In this document: piece after piece, positions 13,634 to 27,995 of the stretch | Position numbering within the stretch: the first letter of the stretch is position 1 | How the letters are laid out: every line of letters starts with the position of its first letter | Assembly: GCA_951406725.2 (NCBI GenBank) | Contig: OX597835.1 | Span: forward strand, 38,626,001-38,690,000 | Length of the DNA: 64,000 bases | DNA from: Octopus vulgaris | Lineage: Eukaryota | Reading direction: 5' to 3' | Translations under genes and position numbers: made by a program | Notes under the pieces: model-generated | Told to the model about the DNA's origin: nothing | Seen by the model: the letters and a program-made list of their open reading frames with translations, nothing else | The model's database searches: none

Positions 13634-13674
13634 CTGTTACTCGGAGTTTCACGTTCCCGTCTTTCGTCGGACAG
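13634..13674 (-). ncRNA. Minimal hammerhead variant (CCGACGA core), left-arm copy
   Basis: CUGU-CCGACGA-aag-ACG-ggaa-CGU-GAAA-CUCCGAGU-A-ACAG. There is a 3-nt insertion before stem II relative to the sister copy. Confidence 0.55.
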
Positions 13675-13703
13675 TTTTGTCATCTCGGTTCCATTTTAAC
13701 AAA

Positions 13704-13743
13704 GCTGTCCGACGAACGGGAACTTGAAACTCCGAGTAACAGC
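13704..13743 (+). ncRNA. Minimal hammerhead variant (CCGACGA core), right-arm copy
   Basis: GCUGU-CCGACGA-ACGGGAACUU-GAAA-CUCCGAGU-A-ACAGC. Stem I extends as uuuaacaaa/uuuguuaaa and the triplet is GUA. Confidence 0.65.
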
Positions 13744-14296
13744 ATTTGTTAAATTTCTGCTGCTTTTAAATAAAGCATATTACTCTACCTCTGGTATTTG
13801 AGTACGCTTTTTCCACCTTGTTTCACATTTATGTGTTTACTCCGGTGTATGTAAATATATATGTAAATGACGGTGCCCCAGCATGGCCACAGCCCGTGAG
13901 CTGAAATTAGATAAAAGAAAAAATAAAATAAATAAATAAAATATGCACACTCACACACACATAATAATCACAATAATCCTTGGATGAAATTTATGAGCGT
14001 TTAATGCATCACTACGCGTGTTTCCACAAAACACATGTCTCTTAAGACCAGAGTCTGTTTTCCTGTGATGGTTGCTATGCAGTCCATAGTATCCGTGGGG
14101 GTCGGATAGATCATCTTCATAGATTCATTTCTTCAGGCGATATCACCTTCATGGATGTACAACAGAAGGGAGTTTATCCCATTTTACAAGTATGAAGGTT
14201 AAGCAAGTTATTCATACACACACATACATACATACATACATACATACAAACAAGTAAAAGAATAAGAGAATATGCATATATATATATATGTATGCA

Positions 14297-14342
<46 letters not shown>

Positions 14343-14346
<4 letters not shown>

Positions 14347-15104
14347 CTGACGACATCGCTCTTATCAGTGATTCTCTCTCCAATGCCCAGTCTCTTTTAC
14401 AATCTCTTGAACAAGCCTCAAATTGTGTAGGTCTTTACCTCAATGAGGCCAAAACTGAATACATAAACAAGTGCCTGTCCAACAGTGATTGCATCATCCA
14501 CACTCTCAACAACGCGCCCTTAAATATGGTTTCTGATTATAAATATCTTGGGTCATTCATATCATCATCTGGAAAAGACTTTCTAACTAGAAAGGGTATG
14601 GCCTGGTCAGCCTGTAATGACATGCATAAGATCTGGTCATCAAATCTAAGTAGAGACTTCAAACTTGAAATATTCAATGCCACAGTCGAACCAATTCTAC
14701 TCTATGGCTCAGAAACCTGGACGTTATCAAAGAAGCTTGAGAGGCGGTTGGATGGAACCTACACTCGCCTCCTTATGAGAGCTCAAAATCTCTCGTGGAA
14801 GCGCTATCCAACCAAAATGCAAATATATGGGAAACTACCACCTGTGTCATCTCTTGTGAAAGGTAGGAGAGTCCAGTTTGCTGGACATTGTTGTAAAGCT
14901 GAAAAAGAAGTAATTTCTACTCTTCTCCTCTGGAAGCCATCTACTCGCAATACTAGAGGGCGCACACTCTCCTACCCTGATGTAATCTCCAGGGATACAG
15001 GCATCAAGCAACAGGACCTCCGTAATGCCATGATGGACCGTGAAGTCTGGCGTAGCATGGTAAATTCCATTGTCTCGACCACGGTCGAACAATGATGATG
15101 ATGA
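14343..15104 (+). mobile_element. 5'-truncated RTE-clade LINE (RT C-terminal half and C-terminal domain)
   Basis: Uninterrupted frame of about 250 codons: FADDIAL..GLYLNEAKTEY..YKYLGS..PILLYGSETWTL..RVQFAGH..DREVWR. Stop at 15093-15095 begins a (TGA)4 tail. The element sits inside (TA)n. Confidence 0.9.
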
Positions 15105-15148
15105 TATATATATATATTTATATATATGTATATATATATATGTTTATA

Positions 15149-15215
<67 letters not shown>

Positions 15216-15244
15216 ATATATATATGTATATATATATGTATATA

Positions 15245-15275
<31 letters not shown>

Positions 15276-15727
15276 GATCACGTGATCACGTTGTATTTAT
15301 GCAAACTGGGTTTCCGCAAACTGGACGACTAAGGAAGCAGCGCAGCCACAAAGGTCATCAACCGGAATTAAATGAAGATCAAGCTGATATCTTCCGGATT
15401 AAATATACACGCGGGCAAAAAAAAAAGAAACAAAAAATATCACGTGGTATCAAAATTCGGTGAAATTTCATATGACGTCAGGGCTCTCCCATTTAGCAAC
15501 AGAACCACACTATTGCTGTGCTTGTTGTTGGTGCTATTGGCAATGAAACACTTTGCTTAAATGCGGAGGTCTTGAATTCTTGCGAAGCTTAACCGAATTC
15601 TGATGTCACGTGATACTACATGACCTGGAATATTTAATAATCTGCAAAAATCCTAGTTGATCACCAGTAAATATGAGTGTGTATGTGTGTGTGCTTGTGT
15701 TGGAGTGCATCTTACTATCAATAGCTT

Positions 15728-15769
<42 letters not shown>

Positions 15770-15797
15770 CATCTCTCTCCCTCTCTCTATACGTATA

Positions 15798-15878
<81 letters not shown>

Positions 15879-15968
15879 GTATATATATATAAAGAGAGAG
15901 AGAGAGAGAAAGAGAAAGACAGAGACAGAATCATTGTCAATAATATTTAAAAATAATTATACGTTTAT

Positions 15969-16002
<34 letters not shown>

Positions 16003-16019
16003 CGCATTATTGTATATCA

Positions 16020-16065
<46 letters not shown>

Positions 16066-16080
16066 GATTATTGTATATCA

Positions 16081-16122
<42 letters not shown>

Positions 16123-16126
16123 TGAT

Positions 16127-16157
<31 letters not shown>

Positions 16158-16158
16158 G

Positions 16159-16236
<78 letters not shown>

Positions 16237-16499
16237 CAGATATTGATAGTTACAAACGAAAGCCTAAGCATATCCTTGCAAGTCTACCTGTGTCATCATG
16301 TGCGTGTGTGTATGTGTGTTGCCTCTACAACACAAACTCGACTGAGGAGAGAGAATGAAAAACGAGACCATTTTTTCAGCGATTTAAATCAAATGTTTGC
16401 ACTAGATTCCATCTTTGAGCTTCTCATTGTTCGCCTTTTTTTATATTGTTCAACTCTCCCCCCATCCTCCCCCTTTTCTTCTTTTCCCTCTGAGCCCTC

Positions 16500-16909
16500 T
16501 TCCTCCTCCTCCTCCTCCTCCTCCTCCTCATCATCATCATCATCATCATCATCACCATCATCATCATCATTATCATCGTGGTCGTCGTCGTCGTCATCAT
16601 CGTCATCATCATCATCACTGTCTTCTTTTTTTTCTAATTCTCCTCCCTCTTTCTTCTCCTTCTTCTTTCTCTCTTTCCTCCTTCTTCACCCCCTCTCCTT
16701 TTCCTCTCTAACCTCCTCTTTCTGTCTTTCTTCCACTTATTATTAGTATCCTCCTCATCCTTCTCCTCCTCCTCCTCATCATCATCATTATATTTATCAT
16801 CATCACCGTCAGCATCATCATCGTTTTCGTCATCATCATCATCATTATATTTATCATCATCATCATCATCATCATAATCATCATCATCATCATCATCATC
16901 ATTATATTT

Positions 16910-16944
<35 letters not shown>

Positions 16945-17015
16945 AATCATCATCATTATCATCATCATCATCAGCATCATCATCATCATCATCATCATCA
17001 CCACCACCACCACCA
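16500..17015. repeat. (CCT)n/(CAT)n array
   Basis: Directly visible. Confidence 0.9.
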
Positions 17016-17970
17016 TCATATTTTCCTTATTGTTCTTGTAATTGCTGTGAGAACAGTCATTGCCGTTGTTGTTGTTGTTGTTGCTGCTGTTGCAGCTACA
17101 TCTGTTGCTGCAGCTGCTGCTGCTGTTGCTGCCTCTGTTACTATTGCTTTAAATTTAAATAAAACAAATAAAAAAAATTTAAAAGAGGACAGGAAGAAAA
17201 ACAGATTAGATGAGATGATAAAGAATCTAACTTGAAAGAATTGCTGGCTGAATTAACGAACTTAAGGTAGGTTGAAAGAAACTGAAGGAGAAGAATGAGG
17301 AATAAATAAGAAAGAAGAAAAAAGGGGGGAAAAGAAACGAATATAAGAAAGAAGGAGATTAAAAACAAGGAAGTGATACAAGAAAGGGAAAACGAAAGAA
17401 ATTGAGCGAGAAAAGAGTAAAGACAGAGAGTGAAAGAGAGAGAGAGAGAGGGAGAGAAGGAGAGAGAAGGAGAGACGGTAGGGGGTGGGGGTGAGGGTGG
17501 AATAAAAGAGAGAATGAGAATTGAGTGAAAAGCCAATGAACCGAGCAGATAAATAAAGTATAAATGGAACAAACAGAGAAATAAAATGGAGGATAATTGA
17601 ATTATAAACTAGAAAAAAGAGATTGATAGGTAAATAGATATCTCATATGTGTGTACGTCTGTGTGTGTGTGTGTGTGTGTGTGTGAGCGTGTATGTATAC
17701 CAACATATATGTGTGTGAATGTATGTATGCATCTATATTTGTGTGTGTGTATACATATATATATATATAAGTTTGTACGTATGTACATGTATGTATGTAT
17801 GTATGTATGCACATAGATGTGCATCTATCTGTCAATCTCCCTATCTGTCTATTTATTTGTTCATATAAATAAAGATATATATATATATATTTATATTTAT
17901 ATCTTTATATATATGTGTCTGTATGTATGTATGTATCCATCCATCAATGTATCTATCTATCTATCTATCC

Positions 17971-18052
<82 letters not shown>

Positions 18053-18057
18053 GTATA

Positions 18058-18090
<33 letters not shown>

Positions 18091-18274
18091 GTATATATGT
18101 ATATATATATATATATAAACGTAACGGACAGTATATATACACATACATATATATATATGTGTGTGTATGTGAGTGTATCTTCTTTTGTGTATATATATAT
18201 TTATGCGCGTGTGTACTGGTAGGTTAGTAGGCATGTAGGTAGGTAGACAGATAGATAGTTAGATAGATTGATAA

Positions 18275-18351
<77 letters not shown>

Positions 18352-18505
18352 CCGACATACACACTACATAACTTTCATGCATACACACTAGCATAATTAC
18401 ATAGATAGGTAAATAGGTAACTAGCTAGCTAAGCAGGTAGATATAGAAAGAGGAAGTGAGGTAGACAGGTCTGTGGATAGTTATATATTTATCGTTGTAC
18501 CTGTA

Positions 18506-18621
<116 letters not shown>

Positions 18622-18650
18622 TATACATTCATATATATATATATATATAC

Positions 18651-18695
<45 letters not shown>

Positions 18696-19143
18696 ATATA
18701 TATGTATATATATATATGTATTTGTATGTTCATATATATATATATGTGTGTGTGTGTATGTGTGTTTATTTATATAAATATGTATGTATTTATGAGAGAC
18801 TGTGCTTTGTATTATGTCTATGAATGTGCGCATCCATTTCCCTATCCATCGAATAGTCTGCTTCCCTTCTCTATCTGGCTCCTTACTTATCAGTCTATCT
18901 TACTCTCTGTCTTACTCTTTCCTCCTCTCTCCCTCTTTCTATGTGCATGTGTGCGCGCCTATATATATATATATATACACGCACACGTACATACATACAT
19001 GCATACATACATGCGTACATACATACACATAGTAGTTAGGGAGAAAGGAAAATGAGAAAAAGAAAGGCAGACAGACAGACAGACAGATAGACAGACAGAT
19101 AGATAGACCGACAGATACATAGACAGACAAATAGATAGATAGG

Positions 19144-19318
<175 letters not shown>

Positions 19319-19859
19319 GGCGAGAATAAGAGAGAGAATATATAGAAAGAAAAAGAAGGCGAAGTAGGGAAGAAAGCTTATAAATGAAAATGAATGAATG
19401 AATGAACAAATAAATTAATAATGAGTGAAATAAATAAATTAATTAATTAATAATTACTGAAGGAAGGACAGAAAGAAAGAGGGGAAACAATGACTGGAAA
19501 AAAGAAAGAGAAAGAATGAAGGAAATAGAGAAAGAAAAAGAAGAATAGATGAAAGGAAAAATAGAATGCATTTTTTTGCTTGCTTGGTTAGATTTTAAAG
19601 TTGATTTGCCAAATTCGAACAACAACAACAACAACAGCAAAAACTACGACGACGATGACGACTGCAACAACAAGAGAACCAGTAAGATCAAACAATGGTA
19701 AAGGCACGATGTACAATGCAAAACAACAACAACTACAACAACAAATACTGCAACAGAAAGAACAACAATAAGAACAACAACAGCAATAGCAAAAGCAGCA
19801 ATGATAGCAACAAAAACCAGCTGAGTAAAGAAATACGACAAAGGTTAGAGTAATAGTAA

Positions 19860-20380
19860 TGGTGGTGGTGGTGGTGGTGGTGGTGGTGGTGGTGGTGGTA
19901 GTGGTGGTTGTGTTGGTGGTGCTGGTGGTGGTGGTGATGGTAGCGGTGGTGTAGGTGGTGGTGATGGTGGTGGTGGTGGTGGCGGCGGCGGCGGTGGTGG
20001 TGGTGGTGGTGCTCGTTGTGGTGGTGGTGATGGCTGTGGTGGTAGTGGTGGTCGTGATGGTGGTAGTGTATTTGGTGGTGGTAACAGCAGAAACAGGAGC
20101 AGAAACAACCAACTCAAAAGTGCAGCTGCAGCAGTAACGGTAGCAACAACAACAACAACAACTTCGACAACAATAGCAAGATCAACAGCAGGAACAACAA
20201 CAACAACTTCGACAACAATAGCAACAGCAACAACAATGCTCTGTTACATTGATAAAATTTATCAATAGGCCAAATACATTTAGAGAGAGGTGAGCAGACT
20301 GGTTTGGTTCGAGGATATGTAATGGTGTTTGTGAACGTCTCCCACGTGGCATCATTCTAAATTTCGTAATAATAATAATG

Positions 20381-20420
<40 letters not shown>

Positions 20421-20446
20421 TGATAATAATAATGATGATTATAATG

Positions 20447-20498
<52 letters not shown>

Positions 20499-20598
20499 TA
20501 ATAATAATAATAGCAATAATAGTAATAATAGTAATAATAATATTAATAATAATAATAATGATGATAATAATAATAACAACAACAACAACAACAACAAC

Positions 20599-20633
<35 letters not shown>

Positions 20634-20650
20634 TTATAATGATAATAACT
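19860..20650. repeat. (GGT)n and (AAT)n arrays
   Basis: Directly visible. Confidence 0.9.
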
Positions 20651-21156
20651 TCAATTTTAATTTTAATTTTACTGATGATGATTATGAGATGAGCGTACCT
20701 TTTATTGGCCACACGAGTCTAAGACTTTGGGGAACAACGTACAGGGAAAACACAATGGAAAAACAACAACAACAACAACAAGAAAAAAGGAAGACAGAAC
20801 GGTGGGTGGGGTGTTGTATGGAATAAAATGGTAAGATCATCGAAACGATTAAAACATATTGATTAATAGATTGTAATAATTAGCAAAAACTCTGCAGCAC
20901 AGGAAGAAATACAATATGGAAGAAAAAGACCTTCGCAAATGGAGCGAACGGTTTCATACGTTTCGTCGTTCGCTCCCCTCCACGCAAAACTGCTGCAAAA
21001 AGACGGAACATGTGGAGATGGATAAAGAAAAAAAAAATCTAAATAATTGCTGAGAAGCATCGCAGTCAAAGTTAGGATCATAAAAGCTTTTTATTTCATT
21101 GCGATACAAGATGAAAGCTTCAAGAAACTACCCAAAACGGATAGTTAAATCATACA

Positions 21157-21336
21157 CCGTACATATTCATGTATAAGCCGCACTCGTGCATAAGCTGCGC
21201 CCCTAATTCGGCGTTAAATTTTGGTACAGAATTTTTCCTTCCTAGTTTTAGCTCTTCGCAGTGTATAAGTCGCACCTTAGTTTTTCCAGTTAAAATCAAA
21301 TATAAAATAATGCGACTTACAGACGAATAGATACGA
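21157..21336. mobile_element. Degenerate Tc1/mariner-superfamily (Tc2/pogo-like) MITE
   Basis: Termini ccgtacatattcatgtataagccgca / tgcgacttacagacgaatagatacga followed by TA, with internal repeats of gtgtataagtcgcac. Confidence 0.5.
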
Positions 21337-21622
21337 TAATACAGGTAGGTGAAAGATGGTTGGATGGCGTACTTCAAACACTGTAGTAAAGGAATATCTG
21401 GTTATACTTTACGATATTAAACTAACAGAAACCTTAGAAATTCAATTACCCATTTTGTGGTAGAGTGTTTACCATAAACATCCGCACTCGGTAATAATAT
21501 CCCGTCTTTTTCTTCATAATCTTTTGATTTCTTTTTTTGGAAATCGTGTTCATTCTCTTCGAATATGCTTTCTCTTCTCGTCTGTTTTCTCATTCTAGCT
21601 TGTACAAAATATTCTAGTAATA

Positions 21623-21784
21623 GGCGCAGGAGAGGCTGAGTGGTATGTAGCTTGCTAACCAACCACAAGGTTCCGGGTTCAGTCCCACTGCGTGGCACCT
21701 TGGGCAAGTGTCTTCTACTATAGCCTCGGGCCGACCAAAGCCTTGTGAGTGGATTTGGTAGACGGAAACCGAAAGAAGCCCGTC

Positions 21785-21859
<75 letters not shown>

Positions 21860-22058
21860 TCCCCACCACTCAACATCGCTTGACAACCGATGCTGGTGTG
21901 TTTACGTCCCCGTAACTTAGCGGTTCGGCAAAAAGAGACCGATAGAATAAGTACTAGGCTTACAAAGAATAAGTCCAGTGGTCGATTTGCTCTACTGAAA
22001 GGCGGTGCTCCAGCGTGGCCACAGTCAAATGACTGAAACAAGTAAAAGAGTAAAGAGT
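21623..22058 (+). mobile_element. SINE family A (tRNA-derived head, internal (TA)n(TG)n)
   Basis: Head ggcgcaggag..ggttcagtccc with pol III box-like motifs, core caccttgggcaagtgtctt, tail gactgaaacaagtaaaagag. Matches many other copies in the window. Confidence 0.9.
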
Positions 22059-22363
22059 AATATCATCGGCATTGTTCATTATTTGCCTTCTTTGATTAAC
22101 ATTCTTAATTGCTTCTCTATTTTCACCTTAGTGTTTCATCTTATTTGCATCTCGATTTCTTACATTAATTCCATTCCTTTCGTATTCCGATAAATCATTT
22201 TGCCGTTCATGATTCTCGGGGTTTTTTCCCCACCATTCACCAATATCTCTTTTACATGCCTCTTTTCTCCACCGTCTACCACTAAAATACTCACATACCA
22301 ATCTACTTCTACTCCCACACAGAGAACGCATGGGATTGTGGGTAGTGAGACCGATAATTATAG

Positions 22364-23067
22364 TTTCTACTCTAGGCACAAGGCCCGAAATTTTGGGTGA
22401 GTGGGCCATTCGATTAGATCGACTCCAGTACGCAACTGGTACTAAATTTATCGACACTGAAAAGATGAAAGGCAAAGTCGACCTCGGCCGAATTGGAACA
22501 TAAAGACAAACGAAATACCGCTAAGCATTTCGCCCGGCGTGATAACGTTTCATATTTCTTTAGGGTCCACAAGGGGCTACACACAGAGGGGACAAACAAG
22601 GACAGACAAAGGGATTAAATCGATTGTATCGACACCAGTGCATAACTGGTACTTATTTAATCGACCTCGAAAGGATGAAAGTCAAAGTCGACCTCGGCGG
22701 TATTTGAACTCAGAACATAGCGGCAGACGAAATACCTATTTCTTTACTACCCACAAGGGGCTAAACACAGAGAGTACAAACAAGGACAGATAAACGGATT
22801 AAGTCGATTACATCGACCCCAGTGCGTAACTGGAATTTATTTAATCGACTCCGAAAGGATGAAAGGCAAAGTCCACCTCGGCGGAATTTGAACTTAGAAC
22901 ATAACGGCAGACGAAATACCTATTTCTTTATTACCCACAAGAAGCTAAACATAGAGGGGACAAACAAGGACAGACATAGGTTTTAAGTCGATTACATCGA
23001 CCCCAGACGAAATACCGCTAAGCATTTCGCTCGGTGTGCTAACGTTTCTGCCAGCTCGCCGCCTTAA
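22364..23067 (-). mobile_element. SINE family B multimer (about 4 units)
   Basis: Repeated units of about 180 bp; head ccagctcgccgcctt at about 23051-23065. Confidence 0.85.
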
Positions 23068-23109
23068 GAGAGACCTAGAATAATAGAAGACAAACATGTG
23101 TGTGTGTGT

Positions 23110-23150
<41 letters not shown>

Positions 23151-23821
23151 CACGTGTGATTTTCCTTGCCTCTCCATCTGCAAATTTAGAAGCCCACCAA
23201 CCCACCTGTATGTTCAGAGTGATTTTTGCTTCTGTACACCCCTAGCACTACCTTTAGTATAGTGAAGACTGACTTCTTTACTCGAAGTGACCTTCAGATA
23301 TGAAAGTGACGCCGTCTACGCATACTGTCATAGCTGTCATGAGACTCAGCCTGGACAAGATACCACTCAAATACTCCAACCTCTTTATTCCTCATTCAGT
23401 AAGTTCAGTTAAGTATAACTACTTTTGGATTTCATTCCAGGTGGAATCTAAACACAATTATGGGGACTTCGACGAAGGGGAAAATGTCTGATGTCAATGC
23501 TTTCGAATTTACTCAGCAAAATATTTGTTTCGCTAGAGCAAATGCAGCTGGACGAAAACTGCCTGACGTTACGTTTTCCCATCCAAAGAAAGACGGCGGA
23601 GTGATCCTCGTGATACTTGGCTAATAGCCGCATCCGTTCTCTACGTGACAAATAATAACACTATTGATCTTAAAGTCGTACAAATACAATCTGTTTGATT
23701 GTAAATGTTCGTATAATATCAAACAGGAAACTTGTAGTATCAAATTAACAGACGAAATATATATCAAGTACAAGGATTTTGATCAGAGAACTTTGAGAGC
23801 AAATAGATGTGTGTGTTTGTT

Positions 23822-23874
<53 letters not shown>

Positions 23875-23942
23875 GTGTGTGTGTACATAAAGATATATAT
23901 ATATATATATATATATATAATGTATGTATATAGGTTTATATG

Positions 23943-24215
<273 letters not shown>

Positions 24216-24249
24216 TCATAAGTTAATAGAAAGGTACATACGAAATTGC

Positions 24250-24752
24250 TTTTATTTGATTACGAAAGCCATTATATTTACTGAAATTATGGTTTACACT
24301 AATAGACACTCAATTAAAAATAATATATATTTCAATAACATACATAATTAATTACTAAGACAAACAAACAAATATGTTTAACCAAATTATTTAATAGTTA
24401 CGCACAAACACTTGAGTTGTTGAATCTAGCCAATAAAAATATTTTGTTTTTGTCTGTGTGGTCTTGGGTTTTGTTATTTTTCTTTTACCTGTCTTCTAGA
24501 ATATTCGTTTATATTCTTCTTCATTACCTCCTTCCGTTTCCATAAGAGGTAGATTTGATTGGCTAATTTCAACAACTCAATTTCTGAGCATAATTGATAA
24601 ATAAATTGTTAGATTTTATTTGCTTTTAATATTTTACTTAGTAATTTATTTCATCCATTATTAAAATATATATATATTTTAGTTAATTGAATTTCTGTTA
24701 TTCTAAACCATAATTTTGTAATACAACAATAGTTTTAATAATCAAAAGAAAA
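24250..24752. repeat. Old AT-rich foldback element with arms of about 190 bp
   Basis: Nested complementary blocks: aaattatggttta/taaaccataattt, tcaattaa/ttaattga, attactaag/cttagtaat, ttgagttgttgaa/ttcaacaactcaa, tagccaat/attggcta. Confidence 0.7.
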
Positions 24753-25543
24753 TGTAACAGATGTTTCTGCTCTCAACACTGGTCAGCCTCTCGTTAGCAT
24801 TGGTCTCTAAAAATGACGTTTTCAACAGTTTCATCAAACGTAACTTAGCATCAAGCAAAATCCTTATGAGGGAAAATGAATGTCGTTCTTACAATTACAA
24901 TAAGAGCGTGTAATCCCTTCTTTGTGATTGAAAACAAAATAGCCTGAGCAATATTACTAAAGAATACATAACACTGAAGAAGTCTAAAATCGAATATTAT
25001 TAAGCAGCATTATTTCTGAACGTACAATCTTATCAGAAAACATTCGGCGCTCCTGCAATTAACTATTCATTATTTTATCTTTTTATTTTATAGAGTATGA
25101 ACTCACAAAAAAAAAATTAGAGCAAGAGTTAAGAGAGAAAATTTATATATAACGAACGTGATGGTGTTGTGATATTTTTTAGATTTTGTGCATTCTATTA
25201 TTGTGGGCCTCTGAGCAGGTATCACCATGACAACTTTCTCTGTCATAGTCAATGCGACGATCACACGCTACACACCTTCCTTCCAAGCACTGCAGTAAAC
25301 AGCGGAAGTGAGCTAGAACGTTAAAACTTAGTGCGCATGCACAGCAGAGTTCAAGGTCAATCTTTGCCGAGCAACTTCACTTTTCCCAACGAACTCTGAG
25401 TAGCAGATTTCTTTGATAGTCTTGTGAGGTTTTTGCAGCTTTAATAATAAAGTATATATATATGTATGTGTACATATGTGTGTGTGTGTGTGTGTGTGCA
25501 TCCTTATACATACACACACACACATAAATATATATAGTATATA

Positions 25544-25586
<43 letters not shown>

Positions 25587-25589
<3 letters not shown>

Positions 25590-25925
25590 TTTTACTTGTT
25601 TTAGTCATTTGACTGCGACCATGCTGGAGTACCGCAAATCGACCCCAGGACTTGTTCTTTGTAATCCTAGAACAAACACACCAGCATCGGTTGTCAAGCG
25701 ATGTTAGGGGGACAAACACAGACACACAAACATATATATACATACATATATATACATATATACGACGGTCTTCTTTCGGTTTCCGTCTACCAAATTCGCT
25801 CTCACGGCTTTGGTTGGCCCGAGGCTATAGTAGAAGACACTTGCCAAAGGTGCCACGTAGTGGGACTGAACCCGGAACCATGTGGTTGGTAAGCAAGCTA
25901 CATACCACACAGCCACTCCTGCGCC
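25587..25925 (-). mobile_element. SINE family A, internally deleted
   Basis: Reverse complement of the family A head, core and tail. Confidence 0.85.
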
Positions 25926-26576
25926 TATATGTTTATATTTATATATGTTTATATAAAGACATACGCACTCTGACATTTAAACTCACTAAAATATTGGCTA
26001 ACAAGAACCTAAATGAATGTAACAGTTGCTGAAATGGGACTCGGAATCTTGTGATAGTGCAACGAACAGCTCAACCATCCAACTGTAGTCATTCCTGCAC
26101 CTCACCGCAACCCCCGATGGGCCCCGCCTGTTGCTTTTAGGATGGTTCATTGTTTTGTTCTTAAGAAAACGGCGTTGCTGTAGCATGTTCTTCATTGAGG
26201 TTTTCTGTATTCATGAAATATGTAATAGAATTTAGATGTCAGTAACGTTAACCTACATTGTTTCTGTAATAATAAGTTCCCCTGTTAATTCCGGATATGG
26301 ACAAAAGAAGTGAATTTCAAAGCGTCCAAGAAATCCCCCGAAGTTTATAGCAAAAACATAGGATTGTCCAACTGGGTACAGGCTGAACAATATGGATATG
26401 GTATACAAAGGAAAGGAATTACTAAATGATCAAAGACCACAAAGAAAAAGGGATTGCCAATTACATTGAGTGTAAATGTATATGATTATATATATATAAA
26501 GATAATACATACGAACTTAATATACATACTTGTGCATATGATTTTTATGATTATACACACACATACATATATACAT

Positions 26577-26686
<110 letters not shown>

Positions 26687-26708
26687 GTATATATATGTAT
26701 GTATATAT

Positions 26709-26758
<50 letters not shown>

Positions 26759-26795
26759 TATATGCATATATATAATACGTATATATGATTATACG

Positions 26796-26834
<39 letters not shown>

Positions 26835-27382
26835 ACATATATATAACGCGTATGTATGATTATACGTATATATATATGTATATATGTACATATATTTATA
26901 TATCGTCATATAAATATACGTATTCATACACATAATTATACTTATGTATAGATATGTTCATATATATTTGTGCATATATTTACATATGTATAATCAATAT
27001 TGGCTTGTATATATTTATATATGCATACATACCCCCACACACACGCACACACACACACACATATATATACATGCATATATGTGTAGGCATATATATATAT
27101 ATATACACACACATAGATACGTACATATATATATATATATGCATGCTTGAGTGCGTGTGAGTGTATTAGTCTGTATATCCACAAACAATAATGATAAGCG
27201 AATGAAATACTCATGTTGCCCGGAAGATAATGATCAAAGAAAAATTACGAGACGGCTGCTTCTGCTGCTGCTTCTGCTGTCGATGATGATGATGATTATG
27301 ATGACGATGATGATGATGATGAGTCCGTCCACGTGGACGATGTCGACGACAACGATGACGAGGTGAAGGAGAACGAAGTGGA

Positions 27383-27781
27383 GAAGAAGAAGAAGAAGAA
27401 GAAGAAGAAGAAGAAGAAGAAGAAGAAGAAGAAGAAGAACAAGAAGAAGAAGATGAAGAAGAAGAAGAAGAAGAACAAGAAGAAGAAAAAGAAGAAGAAG
27501 AAGAAGAAGAAGAAGAAGAACAAGAACAAGAACAAGAACAAGAAAAAGAAGAAAAAGAAGAAGAAGAAGAAGAAGAAGAAGAAGAAGAAGAAGAAGAACA
27601 AGAAGAACAAGAAGAACAAGAAGAACAAGAAGAACAAGAAGAACAAGAACAAGAAGAACAAGAACAAGAACAAGAACAAGAACAAGAAAAAGAAGAAAAA
27701 GAAGAAAAAGAAGAAGAAGAAGAAGAAGAAGAACAAGAAGAACAAGAAGAACAAGAAGAAGAAGAAGAAGAAGAAGAAGAA
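27383..27781. repeat. (AAG)n/(AAC) array
   Basis: Directly visible. Confidence 0.95.
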
Positions 27782-27995
27782 GGGAGAGAGGGAAAGAGAC
27801 GTAAATGGCGAAGTAAGAAAGTGGGCGGAGAGATGAAGAGGAAGAGTGGCTGGATGATGCTGATGGGGATGAGAGGCCGTAGGAAGTGGACGGATGATTC
27901 CATTGGCCGGCACATATTTTCGGTGCATTTGAATTTGGGGTTAACGTCGGGTATATTTTGGGTGTTAATTGAAGAACTAAAAGAAGTTATCAGCC

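Larger units (their letters stand above)
13601..13845. mobile_element. Second palindromic hammerhead-bearing element
   Basis: Inverted arms ctttatttaaaagcagcagaaatttaacaaa... (13601-13680) and ...tttgttaaatttctgctgcttttaaataaag (13699-13775). The right arm continues to about 13845. Both flanks read tgtaaatatatatgtaaat. Confidence 0.75.
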
